Notes: generated by a model from the letters alone, not told the origin. A DNA stretch of 60,005 bases, filler included, from Bipalium vagum (GCA_037834085.1; 3 parts of 3 records of this genome joined end to end with filler, not necessarily neighbours in it), one strand, 5' to 3'. Positions 28,327-43,023 are shown, counted from the whole stretch's first letter. Numbers and translations are program-made.

Positions 28327-30313
28327 CCGATTCTTTCAATGGAAGTCAAACATGCTTTTATTATAAAATTACTTTCGGTGTCTGTAACAATTTTCGAACA
28401 GTAAGAGATGGATCGAGAGAATAATGGACTGATTGATTTCATTTGTTAATATAAAATCATCTTTAGTGTAATAGTAATGTTTTATTGTATCTTGTTGCTG
28501 TCTTTATTTATCAATAAATAATAGTTTCAAACTTTTGAGGAATTTCTTGACGTGTACAAAGAGTATTCACAACGCAAGTAAAATAAGTTATCTGATTGTT
28601 TGAAAGAGGATATAGATCTAATTTGAATTTTATTTAAAAGAAAAATGTTTAATGTAGTAATTTGCATTTACTACTATTTTTTAAAAATTTTTCTTTATAA
28701 GCTTCTGAGATTAATAACTAACCATAAATCCATAGTTCTGATAACAGTTTGTGTTGATAGGATATCTTTAAGAGATTAAAAACCAGAAATTAAATATGAA
28801 TTAAAAATATAACGTTTTTGAAATATCTACTATCTCTCAGCCATGGGATAGAAATTTTTGTTTTGCATTTATTAATAAAAGAAATTTTTATTCTGTATTC
28901 TGATAACTTGAGTATTCCTAAAAGGTAATGAACAACCAGCCCATGGTGCTGACATGCTTTCCAACTCAGATATTCTTAAGATTGATCCAGATGGGATAAT
29001 TTTGGAATAATCAATGTAATACCTCAAGAAAATTTTTTTACTAAAAAAATTCCCAATTATATAGTTGGTGTCGACTACTTAATGTCTCGTATAAAGTTTT
29101 CCATATGTTCTGAGCTGGAATACTGGCTTAAGGTTGAGGATTTACATCCATACTAAAAATCAGTTGTGAAATTAAAGGGTATAGTCTTAACTTTGATAAT
29201 GGAGTAGGCAAAAATAGTTAAGGAGAAACTTTGGTAATATCCTATTTTCAATCAACACTTAGATTTTGAAAAGAAAAGGGGTAATATTTTGCTGTTTATT
29301 TTTCTGATTTTGTACTTATATACATAATTTTCTAATATTATTTTTATAAATAGTAAATATTATTTTCCATAATTAATAATTATATATATTTAATAATAAT
29401 ATTTAATTTTTTCTTAAAATCTATTTTTAGTAATTCCTACTTACTATTTTATATTTTGTAATGTTTTTGTTTTAATACATATATTTTTGTATAATAATTA
29501 CTGTTATTTATATTTTATTTTCTTTTGACATTTTAGGAAAAAATTATTTTACATTAGCTCAAAATCGACGAAAAAAACAATTCATTTTTTATTATCACAC
29601 AAAAAAATGTTATGTTTAAAATAAAATTGTCTTTATTGTTATTTTAGGGATTTATGAAGTCTCCACATAATTATAACCGTTTTCTTTATTATCTTCATTA
29701 GTATTTTTTTGGTAGAGTATTGTCAAAATTTGATTGAAACAATCGAACGGAAAGCATTCGATGTAATCTTAGCGGAGTATAGAGACATATTCAGAGCCAT
29801 AATAAGTATTGATTGTGTGGTAATGTAAGAAAATATATGGACATTTTCGTGATTTTGAGATAGCAATTAAATCTTATTGATGTTATGCGTTATTTTGATT
29901 TTTAGAATTTAATTTAATTATAGTTCTTTTAATATCTAACAGATAAGTCATTGAATTTTTATGAATTTTAACTATGAACTATTAATTCGAATCAACATGT
30001 GTTTAAAGTTAATTTTTAAATACATGGATATCACTGAAATCCTAAAATTTAATTTAGATTTTGTATATTTTAAATACTGACTAATAAATTTGACATTTTT
30101 TCAAGTTTCGTTCATTAACAATATATAAATTTTTAGGCCTAATTATAATTAATAGGTACAATATAATAAATTAATTGATTTATCAAAATTAGTTTGCCTT
30201 TAAACCACAATCATACTTAAATGCAGCAAGTTTAAAGTACGACATTAATCACTTAAATTAATATTTTTACTAAATGTAATCTTCATATTTGTTTTAAAGC
30301 TGAGATTATTTGA

Positions 30314-31719
30314 ATGTTAAATAATACTGAGTCTGCTAAATTAGTTAGAAGAGAAAATGACGACAGAAGATCAAGTGGAGGTGGAATTATCACTGAAGAT
30401 ATTTTTTATAAGGAAATTAATTTTAAGCAAAATGAAATGGTATATATTAAATACTTTTATTTTATTTATTATTTTTTAGGAGGATGATCTTTATGATAAG
30501 ATTCCAAGTTACTTAACAGCATTTTCCCACAGCTATGTAGTCCCTATTAAAGATCACAATGATGTGACAAATGATTACATTCTAAACAACGAAAATTGTG
30601 GTTTAAAGCGCAATTTATATTCTTTACCGAATTATTTAAACTATTATGAAGACGGAAATGGTGAAGAATATTCTCGACTTCCAGCTTATACCATGGATTT
30701 ATCTCAGTCTTTACTCTATGACGAAGACTTCGATCGTAAAATAAAAGTCATGAAGTCTTCGAAACCATATTGTAAATTGAAAAAAAAAATTTCACATAAT
30801 TTAATTAAAATTGAGAAAGAATCTGTAGAAAATCGTAAAGTAGTTTTTATAGGAAAAATTCCCACAAGTTGGGTTTCGCCAAAAGATAAAATAGAATCGA
30901 TATTAAACGAAATCACCCCGTCTGTGAAATCTTTTTTAAAGAAAATCGACATAAAAACTCGATTTCATAACAATTTGGACAGTTATGGGTTCATCCATTT
31001 TACGGAATCCACAGCCGCTTTTCTCACCTTTGAATGTAATTCTTGATACTGAATTCATTGGCTGAAAGTTTCTTTAGATTTCCAAAACCACGAAAAATAT
31101 ACCACCTGTAATGTGAGCTTGGCTGGAAGAGATGACTACTGTCATGGTCGAAAATATAGAGACATTGGTAGTTTACTTAATTTTATTTATATTCTTTATT
31201 GATTTTTATCACAATAACTATAATATTAAACTACAACTGAAAGCCAAAATAAGAAATTTTTTAAGTCTTAGAAAGTAATTAATAAAACTCAATATTAATT
31301 TAGAAATATTTTATAAAAATGTCAATAAATTAAATAAATTTTTAATTTAAAATTTTGATTTAATTACAGTAGAAACATTCTTAAGTTTTATTAAAAATTC
31401 TATTTGGTTTGGGAAAAAGATTTTTTCGTATTAAAAAAATTGAAATTGAATGGAAAAAGCAAATAAAAATATTTATTTAAACCATATATAAACTCTTAAC
31501 AACAGTTATCTTTTGTCATTCTTAGCTGAAGTCATTCCATTATTGAAAAATGTCTTGGAATTTTGGCAGAAAATTGTACCAAATATTCTTTACATTATTG
31601 CTTACCTCATTGAGATTTTAATTCTACAGAGATATTTAAATGATAATCTGACGGTGACTGATCCTGGAAGTACGGTGAATGCATTATTATTTTAATCTTT
31701 GTAGGGATTTCAAAGATAA
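30314..31719 (+). CDS. Compact RRM protein resembling the PGC-1/PPRC1/spargel coactivator family
   Basis: Exons 30314-30439, 30480-31035 and 31078-31167, plus probable small 3' exons. The RRM reads ENRKVVFIGKI..LDSYGFIHFTESTAAFLTFE..NVSLAGRDDYCHGRKYRDI, which parallels the recalled PGC-1 pattern ERRV.Y.GKI..DSYGFITY...DAFAALE..F.GR..F....Y.DLD. The 3' exons are tentative. Confidence 0.65.
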
Positions 31720-32299
31720 GTGTGTTCTGGTATCGTCATGGATTTGAAATCTTTTGAAATATAATTAATAAAAAAATAAAAAAGTAAAAACCTTAAAATT
31801 GATTACTATAAGTCTTCAATAAAATAAAATTTTGTGATTTTGTACCGTACAAAGGTCAGTGTAGTTTGTAAATTTTTATTTATTTATTAATATAAGCTTA
31901 ACGTATAATTAAACATTGAAATCTTTATTAAGGAGCTCATTAAAGAATTTATGAAATCAAATAATTTTTAAAAATTTATTTTTTTAAAAATAATTAAAAG
32001 TACCAATAATTATTTTTAAAGAATTAATAATTATATTAGCGATCCAATTTAATTGTGAGCCCTTTATATTGCAAAATTTAAATGCATTATTTTATAAAAA
32101 TAAATTTCAATCTATTTGAAATTCTTTGTTAAAATGTATGTTATAATAGTTTGCATAAGACCATTTACATATCACATTTAAATATAGATTATAATTTGAT
32201 ATTTCTTATAGAAACCCTAATGGTAAAATTTTAAAAAACTCTCCCCAGGTACTGGTTGTTGTATGATTATAACCAAGTCACTAAAGCTAAAGAGAATTC

Positions 32300-32540
32300 T
32301 AGAAAGATTTTGAAAATCTATTCTCATAAAGGATTCTGTTAGCCAATAACAATGTTTTAGGAAATTTAAAGATGGCAATGGAAGTCTTGAAGATCTACCG
32401 AGAACAAGTCGTTCATCCGTTGTCTACGTGGATTGATTGATGAGAACCCGAAAAAAAGTACTGAAGAATTGCTCTAATTATTTTGATAATCATGTGAAGA
32501 CGATAAGAATTCACTTACATAAAATGGGAAAATCATAAAG
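32300..32540 (+). mobile_element. Mariner N-terminal (HTH) remnant
   Basis: FRKFKDGNGSLEDLPRTSR..LIDENPKKSTEEL..TIRIHLHKMGK fragments. Confidence 0.6.
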
Positions 32541-33094
32541 AGTTACAATGTGTAATGCAAACCTTGTGCAATAATTGTAATCAATTAATAATTAATGAAT
32601 TTTTAATAATTTTATTGAATAATTGATTTTGGTTAAAAATTTTTCTTTCATAAGTAATTTTTGTGACGATTAAACTAAACAGGATTATTTTATTATTTTT
32701 AATAAAATAAATACTATAATTCAGAATAAAAAAACGCATAAAATTACCATTATTTAAATTTTGAGTAATTTGCATTTGAATCATCATTAAAATTTACAAT
32801 TTTAAAGAAAAATGAATATTTAGAAATTTTTAAATAAAATAAATAAATTGTTGACTGCTTTGAATAACTACATTTATTATGTTTATGATATTACTATGGT
32901 TCAATCACTCATGTTCTTATAAACATTCAGAGATGGACTTTGATTTATTTGAACCGATATTTTAAATTTTGTTAAAATTTGTTTATTAGTTTGAGATAAT
33001 ATTAAAAGGTATCGAACAGTTAATGATAGTTAACTTTAAAAAAATAAAGTACAAAATTTTTGTTTTTTTCTCGATTTTAATTTTTTGACAAGTA

Positions 33095-34677
33095 CAATTT
33101 TTTGACAAGTCTTGCATCACCCAAAAATTTAAAATTTTTAAAATATTTTATTCCGATATGAGGATTATTTCGTGTTAGAACTTAATAATGTAATAAAATA
33201 TATTGAAATGATTGTAATATATGTGTATACAAGGTATCACTTTGTTTTTCTGTTTAAAAATAATATTGATATAAACGATTATTAAAGTTGACTAATTTAA
33301 AATTATGTTTATCCTCTACCGTTCTTATTATAAATTTATTATTTACTGGAAACTATTTGGTCGTAGAGAACTGGTATATACTAGTAAGTATAAAGCGTAA
33401 CATATTTCTGAAATGGCTGATTTTTAAAAGTGTTATTTAGTAATCCATATCTCAATGAAATTAACTGCCAAAATTCCTTACTTCATTGTTTTTCACCATG
33501 GAGAAGGGAAATCTATTCGCAAAATTTCTTATATAGTAAAATGTAACCAATCATCAGTTACCAGTATAATTAAAAAATACAATGAAACCAGAAAAATGGA
33601 CGATAAACGTTGAACCGGACGTCCAAAAATAACGTCCTCAAGAGACGACTCAATTTTAAGAAGGTGCTGCTTGGCAGATAAAAGTCTGAATACCACAGAT
33701 TTAATCAAGTTGTGGTCTGAATCAACAGGAAGGTAAAGGCTCCAAAGTTTTGGACTTCGTGGCTGTCGTCATAGAAAAAAGCCATTATTAACAGCAAAGC
33801 AACGACTGCATCGCTTAAGGTGGGTCAAAGAACACCTTCAGTAGACTTCAGAAGAATGGAATAGTGTTTTGTTTAGTGACGAATCTACATTTACCATCAA
33901 TAATCACAGCTGAAATGCGTTCGATCATTGTTTTCTAACGAAGAATTTTCATAGAAATGTATTTTACCAACGATTAATTATCCAGCTTCAATAATGATAT
34001 GGGGTTGCAGTCATCTACTGGCCTTGGAACACTGCATATCTAATAAGATTTTGACCTCAAATATGCGTTCAAGTAGGGAAGACCTTTTTAAAGACAAAGA
34101 TTTTATTTTATTCAAGAATACAATGCTCCATACTACAGGGCAAAAATAGTTCAAAATTGGTTAGAAGACAATGTTATTGAAAGATTGAACTGACTCGTGC
34201 AGTCACCTGATCTTAGTCCAATCGAAAGTCTGTGGCAAAGTGTTGGTAATATTATTTCTGAAAGATAACCAAAGAATAAATATTTATGTAATGCTTGGTA
34301 TCATTGCAACAGAGAACCGGAATTGAAGAAATTAATAGATTTAATGCCGAAACGATGTAAATTAGTAAAAAAACAAGGGCCGGCCATCTAAATATTAAAA
34401 AAGATTTTATTTTTCTGTATTATTGTAAAAAGCATTTGTAATAACAAAATTTGAATTTGTATTGCATGTTATAAATAAATCATATATTGTAGATATTGTG
34501 TTTTTATTATTTTAAAAACTTTTATCCTGCACAAATTATTTATTTCTTTTAATATAGAATGTGAAGTATGGCCTTGTAAAGTTTGTTACAAATCTCTTAC
34601 AATATTGTTCCATAAATTGTTCTAATGTTAAAAATTGTATTTTTCTTGTAGTTATGCACGACTTTTTACCACCACTG
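33095..34677 (+). mobile_element. Decayed near-full-length Tc1-like element
   Basis: TGRPKITSSRDD, RKKPLLT, WNSVLFSDESTF, IMIWGC and QSPDLSPIESLW motifs with stops. The right TIR ends ..ccactg|ta, and a degenerate left TIR lies near 33095-33120. Confidence 0.88.
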
Positions 34678-34859
34678 TACATTTAAATTATACAAAAATC
34701 AATTTTAACAAATGTAATTTAGAACTTGTAAGCCAGTATTTTAAATAATTAAAATAATTTTTTAGATATTCGCAGATTGTTTATAATTTATCAAAAATTG
34801 ATGTGCTTTTAATGTTATTAAAGTAAAATATTATATTTTTCAAAATTTCTGTAAAGTGA

Positions 34860-35300
34860 AAATTTCCGTGGAATAACTGGTACTCCAGACATGCTATTAG
34901 AGGAATCTTGGCATTAGTTCAGTATACTAAATCATGCATGGGAATTATTTTTTTAACTTTGTGTCCATGTAAGGTAGGTTTCACTTCACAAAAAAGTATC
35001 ACAAGGTCCAGAGAGTAAAATTAGCACAAAATTTGCTTAGAAATCTGAACATTCATGCTGTAGCCATTGATAAAAAATAATGCACATGATAATTCATATT
35101 GGGTAGATGCAGATGGTGACTGTCAACAATTGCCAGAACATTATTATTGTCTACCATTTTGTGGTGATTTTCTATTTTCATGTTTTAGTGTAACCAATCT
35201 ATTAATGTCGAAAGTTATGTGGATTTCTTTAAAACGATCTTAGACATTTAGATGTATGACAATGTCGCTCCAAGTGACTGTCATGGCACAGGTCTTCTAT
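34860..35300 (-). mobile_element. Possible piggyBac-like transposase relic
   Basis: Frameshifted MS(R)DRFKEI..FD motif in a locally GC-richer, stop-riddled segment. Confidence 0.25.
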
Positions 35301-37503
35301 GAAAAACATTGTATTAAAATAAGGCAACCATCTTATTGTCGATATAAATTTATTGGTTCATATTGTGTGTATAAATATGAAATTTGACGATTTCCGAATA
35401 TTCTCTATTCGGGTTATCTGACGAATTTCATGAAAAATAAAATGAAAAATTGAAGCTATCTGAAGGAATCAAGCACCTTCATGAGGTTATCAAGAAGCAT
35501 GGAGATTAGATCTAACTATTAAATTGTTCGACATTAGAATATTTTAAAAAATTTTCTGAAACACTATTATTTAGAAAACTATCAGTAAATCTATTTTTTT
35601 ACAACATTATTATTAAAGATAATACTTTTCTTTAACATATTTCAAAAATTATTCATTTTAATATTATTATTGAGTGTTTGAAGTCTCAATATTAAAAATA
35701 GTTTTATTTTAATAGTCCATGTTTTATTTTTTTTCTAAACCATTTTAATTAATTTTAAGATAATTATTTTCTGTCAATTAATTGTAAAATTAAGCACAAA
35801 AAATATTAGTATGAAATTCTTTACTATAGTTTTAATTAAAATTTGTTACTTGTTTAAGTAATCAGTTTAAGAATTTATTTTAAACAAGTTATGTTTTCAA
35901 ATTTTATAAAAATGCAAAACAAATTATTCGATAGTAAATATAAAGATTTAAAGTCCTACGGAATTTTGGTGAGATTAATATATAGCAATATTTTTGTAGA
36001 TGGAGCTGCATCATTGATTGAAAAAATCGGGCATTTTTAAGAAAACTGTAAAGTAGCAATTAAAATTTTTAACCATTCTTTATTATTTATCATTGTTAAT
36101 TCGATGACCTATGATTTTCATAGTCTTTTAAAGTGTAAAAAAAAGAACAGGCGTTTCCATGTAAACATTGTATATTTCTATTTCAGTATTTTTTTTAACG
36201 ATGACTTGCCACTGAATGATATTTGACTGGTATTAGTTATACTTAAAATATATTTTTTGTGACAAATTTGTTTAATTTTGTACTAAGATTTATTCAATTT
36301 GACTAAATCTTAAGTTTGAATTTTATCCGAAAATAGTATTTATCTGTCAGTAAAATTAACAATCTTTTTTACTGTAAAGAAGAAGTACAATCGAAATGGA
36401 TATAATCTTTTATATGTCAATTTGTAATTGTTCTTTCTTAAGATAAAAGTGATGTGGTGTTTGATTTTTCTTAAAGATAAGATAAATGGGTACAATTTTA
36501 CCTAATGAGTGAACCTATGAACTTTTTAGATATTTTATTGGTAATAATCTGAATTGCACAAACTGTTATTTTGTATAATGTTCAAAATTTGAATCACAAG
36601 AATTTAAATATTAACAATTAAATTTAAATATAATAATATTAAATATTATTTAATTAATCAGTCATATGAAAAGTAATTTATTTTAGTAACAGATTGATAC
36701 CAAAATAACCGATAAAGAAAAAATGAAAAATGAGCCTTAAATTTATGAAAAATAAATTTTTATTATCAATTTATTTATATTAATATTTCAACAATGTGGT
36801 TAAAAGAAAGGATTATAATAAGTACTCGTATCCATTGCTAGTTATTGAAGGTGTTTTAATCAATTCATTTAATCCTTTTAGTTTGTTAATTTTACTCCCC
36901 TCGTCATAATTATTGCTCTTTGCGATGAACATTGATGTTGATACTAAGTCAAGCTATGATTTATTTCGTTTCGGGCTATGGAAATAAGTTAATTTTTAGG
37001 GTGGCCTTTAGCAATTCTCCAGAAAAATTTTTTTGACTGATAAGTAAAGATGTTGCAATACTTAAGCGATTACGGATAGCACTTTCACTCAAATTATGAG
37101 GAACTTATTTTCCATTCTTGAATTCTTCCTAGTGCATGTAGGTATCTGGAAATTGTTCATCTATATATGTTTAGTGTCATAGCAAACTTTATCTCTACTT
37201 GAGGAGGGTTGTCATTCAAAAAAATTTTCAATTTACTATCTTCAAACGTTTTTATCTGATTTTGTCTTTATCATTCAAATCTAACTCACATGATTGATAT
37301 CTGGTAAATCTTAATTTGCAGTTTGACATTGACGGTGCTTCGTCAGGTTGTTTCCTCAAGCATTTTATGAGCTTCCGCTTCTGGCTTCCATATATAGAAA
37401 AATATTAGTATTTGTCTGAAATGTAATTTTGCTTAATTCACTTATGGGTCTTTCTAAGCTTTTATTAAAAAAAAGTATTCTAAACCTATTTAAATTTACA
37501 TTA

Positions 37504-37873
37504 CAGGCCGCGTAAAAAGTCTGTCCACCCCCTAAAAAAATAATTTTAATTGAAAAGAATATTTTAAACAACGAAATTTATTATATGAACAAGTCTTTAT
37601 ATTGAATAGGATATCCCCTTGATTTCTTGACCAATTTTTGGGCATTGAGTTCACAATTTTCTGGCACGTGTTACGAGAAAGGTTGTACCATTTGTTTTGG
37701 ATCTCATTACATAAATCTTTACAATTATGTTATACTTGACCACATTATTTAAGTCTTTACAAAAAGTTAATATTTAAACAACTATTTATAATTAAATTGA
37801 TATATATATATATATATATATATATCAAAATTAGTATTCTTGATAGGGGTGAACAGACTTTTTACGCGCATTG
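37504..37873. mobile_element. Tc1-family MITE / internally deleted element
   Basis: Imperfect TIRs caggccgcgtaaaaagtctgtccacccc and ggggtgaacagactttttacgcgcattg, TA on both flanks, internal (TA)n. Confidence 0.85.
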
Positions 37874-38849
37874 TACATATTCCGATATTTAAAATAAATT
37901 GTTATTAATTATAAATTGTTTTTTAAAAAGACAAAAACCAAAAAATAAAATAAACAATCAACAAATTTTATTCAGAACAATGAAATTGTTCATTAGAATT
38001 AATTACAAAAAACATCATTCAGATTTTCAAATAGAAAACTTTCTTTATTGCCTCTAAACACATTTTTAAACATCTAAAAGGTCTTTCAAAGTCAGCCGTT
38101 AAAGGAGTACAATTCTGTCCTTATGTTATGGGCCATCCATATAATTTCCATAAAATGATGGATATCTAATACTATAAGTACTTTGATTCAATTTTTATTT
38201 AACTACATTAGAGAATATGTTGAAGTATATGTTTCCAATAAAAATTTCCAAAGTATTATTTTGCAAATGTAGAAGAACCGATTTTTTCTAAAACATCAAT
38301 TTTTATATCATTTTGAATACAAGACTAAAACATCAGTAAAACATCTTTTATTTACATTTCAAATGACCAAACATATTTTAAGAAGCAGTCAACCTAATGT
38401 AAAATTAAGATACTTGAGATTAGTATCTTGTATCAATACCTTTGTTTTTAATTATCTCTTCGATTCTTCTTGGTATGGTTTCATAAAGATTTTTAATCTT
38501 AGGTGTTGAAATCATCGCCAACTGTTCGTCCGAATTTTTCTACATTGTCTCAATATTTGTCGACCTACACATAGCAACAATTCTAGCTCTCAGATCAACC
38601 CACAGCGGGTCAATTATACTCAGATCTGTTGATTGAGTCGGTCAATCAATCAGTACGCATAACTTTGCCTTTTCCAAAAATGAAGTCAGCAATCTTGACT
38701 TATCGCATGGAGGTCAGTCTTGTTGAAATAAATTCTGTGCCTCATATATTGGGTAAAACCTTTTCTTCAATGCATCCTGTTAGGATTCATAATTCATTCG
38801 ATCCGGACATCTTATGAGAATTCTGGTGCTATCTTCTTTGATTGAGCCT

Positions 38850-39400
38850 TAAGCCATCAAACTTAAAATTTAACAGTTTCGGTGGTATCTTTTGGATTAT
38901 ACCTGGATAATTGCGGTCTGTGGACGTATTCTCTTGTTCTAGAGATCAGTTCTATTCGGCTTTCATCAGTAAAAATCACTTCATTCCAAAAGAAAGAAAC
39001 AGTTTACTATAATCTTTGCAACACTTTAAGCGATTCTTGATTTGTCGCTTATTTTTCTCTGTCATTTGTCCGAACACGCGATACTTTCTCAGAATGTGCT
39101 TTACAGTACTAATTGAGAAAGTTTGACTTGATTTTCAATCAATAAAATGTTTTCTGGGGATTTTGCTTTGACATCCGAATAAGTGATCTTTTTGGTCTTT
39201 GTCTACTCTTCGGCTTGCGACCTCTTTTACACAAGTTCTCCAATGGTCCATGTTGTTTCAGCTTCCATAAAATATGTTGAATAACATTTCTTGAAATATT
39301 GAGTTCATTTAAAATTCGCTTCTGAGAAAAACTTTCTTTTAATATTTTAATAACTAGTTTCCTGATATCTATTAATATTTTAGCCATCTTTAACAAAACA
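38850..39400 (-). mobile_element. Tc1-like transposase 5' remnant
   Basis: HTH SQKRILNELNISRNVIQHIL, KRGRKPK and FWNEVIFTDESRIEL. Confidence 0.85.
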
Positions 39401-42102
39401 ATTTCTAAAATTTAAAAATATATATTACTAAACCATTAGTAAGATGTTGTAAATAAAGATTTTACTTAAAAAATTAATTTAATCCTTAAAATAGTTAATA
39501 TTTAGGTAACATCAAAATTAAAAAAAACTCCTTAGTACAATAAATGTATTTTAATAAGTCAAAAAAATATTTATTTGTAATAATGTTTAAATGAAATATA
39601 AAGCCAACCTCAGTATGTATCTAAATTAAAGTAGTTCAAATAATAAAACTTCTAATTTAAACCATAAGCTACTATTAAGTGCATATTTACATTGTTGCCC
39701 ATTGTTCGATTATAGTACATTAGTATAGTATATATATTATAGTATATTAGTGGTTTAATTTCCAAGGACTTAATTGCTTGTAAAAAAATCTCCAAATAGG
39801 TAAGTATTAATTGCTTCCATATCATTTAATCCTTGATTTTTATGAATAACACATAAATTTATTGTGTATGATAGTAGCAATATCTCATTTAAAGCCAGTG
39901 TTTCTTCTTGTATAAAATTTAAGCACATTGATTTGCCCATCAAGACTTAGTCCTTCTGTTTCTAAAAATGTAATCATATCAGCAATCACTACATAAGTTG
40001 AATCTAACAGTATAAGTTCTTTAAAGTTTCTCTTTTTAATATCTTTAGTAATTTTGATAGATGAAATTTCCTCGCTTTTCAGACCATGAAAAATACGACA
40101 CACTATCAAAATTGCTATAATTTTGTACAACAGACAGTTCATCATCGATTAATAAGTAGTTTTGGTGGAAATGGGGGATCTGGTTCAATAGTTTTAAAAT
40201 AATTTATTCTTAAAGGTACTTTACAAAATACTATTAGTGCCATAGATTAATAGATCAATATCTAAAAATAAATCTCTTAAGTTCTCAGAAAATAAGTAAA
40301 ATAAATTTCCATTATGTGTTGATTTTTTCATTCATAACCTAATCAAAAATAATAGATTTTTAAAAATTTTTATCTAGTTTATCTGGTGGTCGTATTTCTG
40401 TTTCTTTGTCTAATAATGTAACTTTTACGAGACGAAGTCTTTCAGGGGTTCAGACCCTTTTCTATTAGTATACTCATGGTCATTATATTCTTCAAATTTT
40501 GATTTTGTTTTATTTTTAAATAAATCACTAACTTCTTTTTTAGATAAACCAAAAATAAAAAATTTTGATATATTTAAATTCAGGTTAAAGAATTGAAGTT
40601 TTAGAAAAAATAATAAGATGATTATAATCCAGATAGTTGTCTCGTAATAACATATTATATAATAAAATTGTTTTTCCAGGACCAGAAGAACCAATAATTA
40701 ACATTCTAAATATATATATATATCTGGTAAATTAGCATGATGATTAAATTTTATAGAATTGCTAACATAAGTTAATTATATGTTCAGCTTTGTTTTCTAA
40801 TCCTTGTTAAGAAAATCCCTGTTTTTGTATTTTTATTGTTTTATTTATTTTTATAATAAAAATTTATTACTTAAATTATATTTGTTTAATGTGTACAGTA
40901 AATTTAATTACTCTGTTCAAATATATTAATTCTTAATCATCATCAATTATTCAAAATGTTTTTTAATTTATATTTTTCGTTATTAAAGGAAAATAAACTG
41001 AAAATTTTGGTTCTTTGAGAATTTATACCTTTTAGAAACAGTTTTCGATGGAAATTCACAATGAATATTACTTAAAGTAAGAAGAGTTGAGTTTGATAAA
41101 TTTAATTTTTCATCAAAAATATAAACTCTTTCTACAATAAATAGTCTTATTTAATCATCATTATATTTATATTTGAAGTATTTAAAATAATTAAAAATTA
41201 ATTTCCTTTTATATCAGATTTTGATGTAATAAACTTTTAAATCTGATCTCCACCAGACATTCATACTCTACTAAATGATTACATCATTCTTATTCAATAA
41301 AACATTTATTTTCTTAAGATATGGAGAAAATAATGATATTGTGAATTTTGTAAAAATTTAATTTTTAAAAAAATGAGTCTTCATGAAGATACGATAGACC
41401 ATGAAAAAAAAACAATGAAAAAACCACAATGAAAACAATAAATAGCAACGATTATAAAGTGCAAAAACATAAGGGCAATACAGAAAATTAAAATATTCAA
41501 GAAACTCAACAAAAATATTCAAGTTTTTGAGGTGATTTACAATCAGCAATTACAAATAATAGTAGAGTGGCGGCTATATTGGGTATTTCAAGTGTATTTT
41601 TGGAAAGTTTTCCCATTAGAGGATCTATTTACTAACTCATTGAACATATAATTGATTGATATCTGATTCGATTAGTAATTTTGTTATATTTAATTAAAAT
41701 TATTATTAACGGCCTTTATGTTACCATTACGATTGTGTATATTTTTTGATAATAGTGTTAACTTTCAATCAATTCACCGAGTTTTAACATATTAAAAATA
41801 TTTAATATAATAATAATGCTTTGCAAAGCTAGGGTTTGATCCCAACAATATCGTAAATCGAAAAATGCAATTTCTTCTAGTATAGTTAAAATTTCAAACC
41901 TAAAAATATTAACATATATATATTAAAAAATATTAATAAATCAAATTGGGCATAACGAATAATGAAACGAATGGTGAATTATTAAAATAAAACTTTACTT
42001 TATTACTTTAAGTTAAGTTTATAATTGTTAAGATCCTAAGTTGATGGATAAAAAGGTTGTCAAAGGTCGGAGCGTGTATATGACTTAGGTCTCAACGGTT
42101 GA

Positions 42103-42202
42103 NNNNNNNNNNNNNNNNNNNNNNNNNNNNNNNNNNNNNNNNNNNNTTAATTAATTAANNNNNNNNNNNNNNNNNNNNNNNNNNNNNNNNNNNNNNNNNN
42201 NN
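42103..42202. other. Artificial scaffold spacer: N44-TTAATTAATTAA-N44
   Basis: Same construct as 20535-20634. Confidence 0.9.
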
Positions 42203-43023
42203 TATGTATAATATTCAAAATAAATAATTGTCTGGAATATTTACTTTTTACTATTATTTAAAATCATTAAGTTACTTTGGAGCCACCCTGTATGTCCTAC
42301 TTTTTTTATACTTAAGATGCAGAGAGGGTTATATTTTAAATCACCTTAAAAAGTTAAACTGCACATACACATCAACTCAAAAGTCGTCCAAAAATAGTTA
42401 CCTCGAGCCGCTTCACCATTGTTTGATTTTTTGTTACAAGCGTGTAAACAGATTCGGTACTTCAAAGAGTTAATTTTTCAATATTGAATGGAAATTCCAA
42501 AACTTTGATAAAGTTTTTAAAAATATTTAACTCTATCAAAAACTGACAGAAATGCCCAAATCTCTATTTGAATATTTTTTAGATTTTTCATATTTCTTAA
42601 AATTCACATCTTTTTAATTATTCTAATTTTTAGTGTTACTGGATGAATATAAATTTTACTAAATATAATTTTTTAAAATATTTTTTCAGAATTATATTAA
42701 TAGAATATATATAATAATTTTTTATTTAATAATTCATAGAGACAATTACAATATAAGATGGGATTTTAATTTAAGACTTAAATTTTTCAGATAACAATAT
42801 ATAAAACTGGGTAACTTCGAATATATCCAGAATTATAAATAAAATACCCAAAAAGTTACCTTATAATTACAATATTTAATTATAAACCATAATGTTTTAT
42901 AATTGATTATTAATCTAGAAAATAGAATTGTATCATATTTCGATTGAATAGGGTGTGGTCGAAAAGTAAAATAATATTATTTAACAATTTCTATTTATGA
43001 AATTCAAATCAGAATGATTTCAA

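Noticed and set aside
39885-40694. Minus-strand ORFs with an LLDS motif (possible retrotransposon gag/protease)
   Set aside because: Too degenerate to assign; the catalytic D[ST]G is incomplete.
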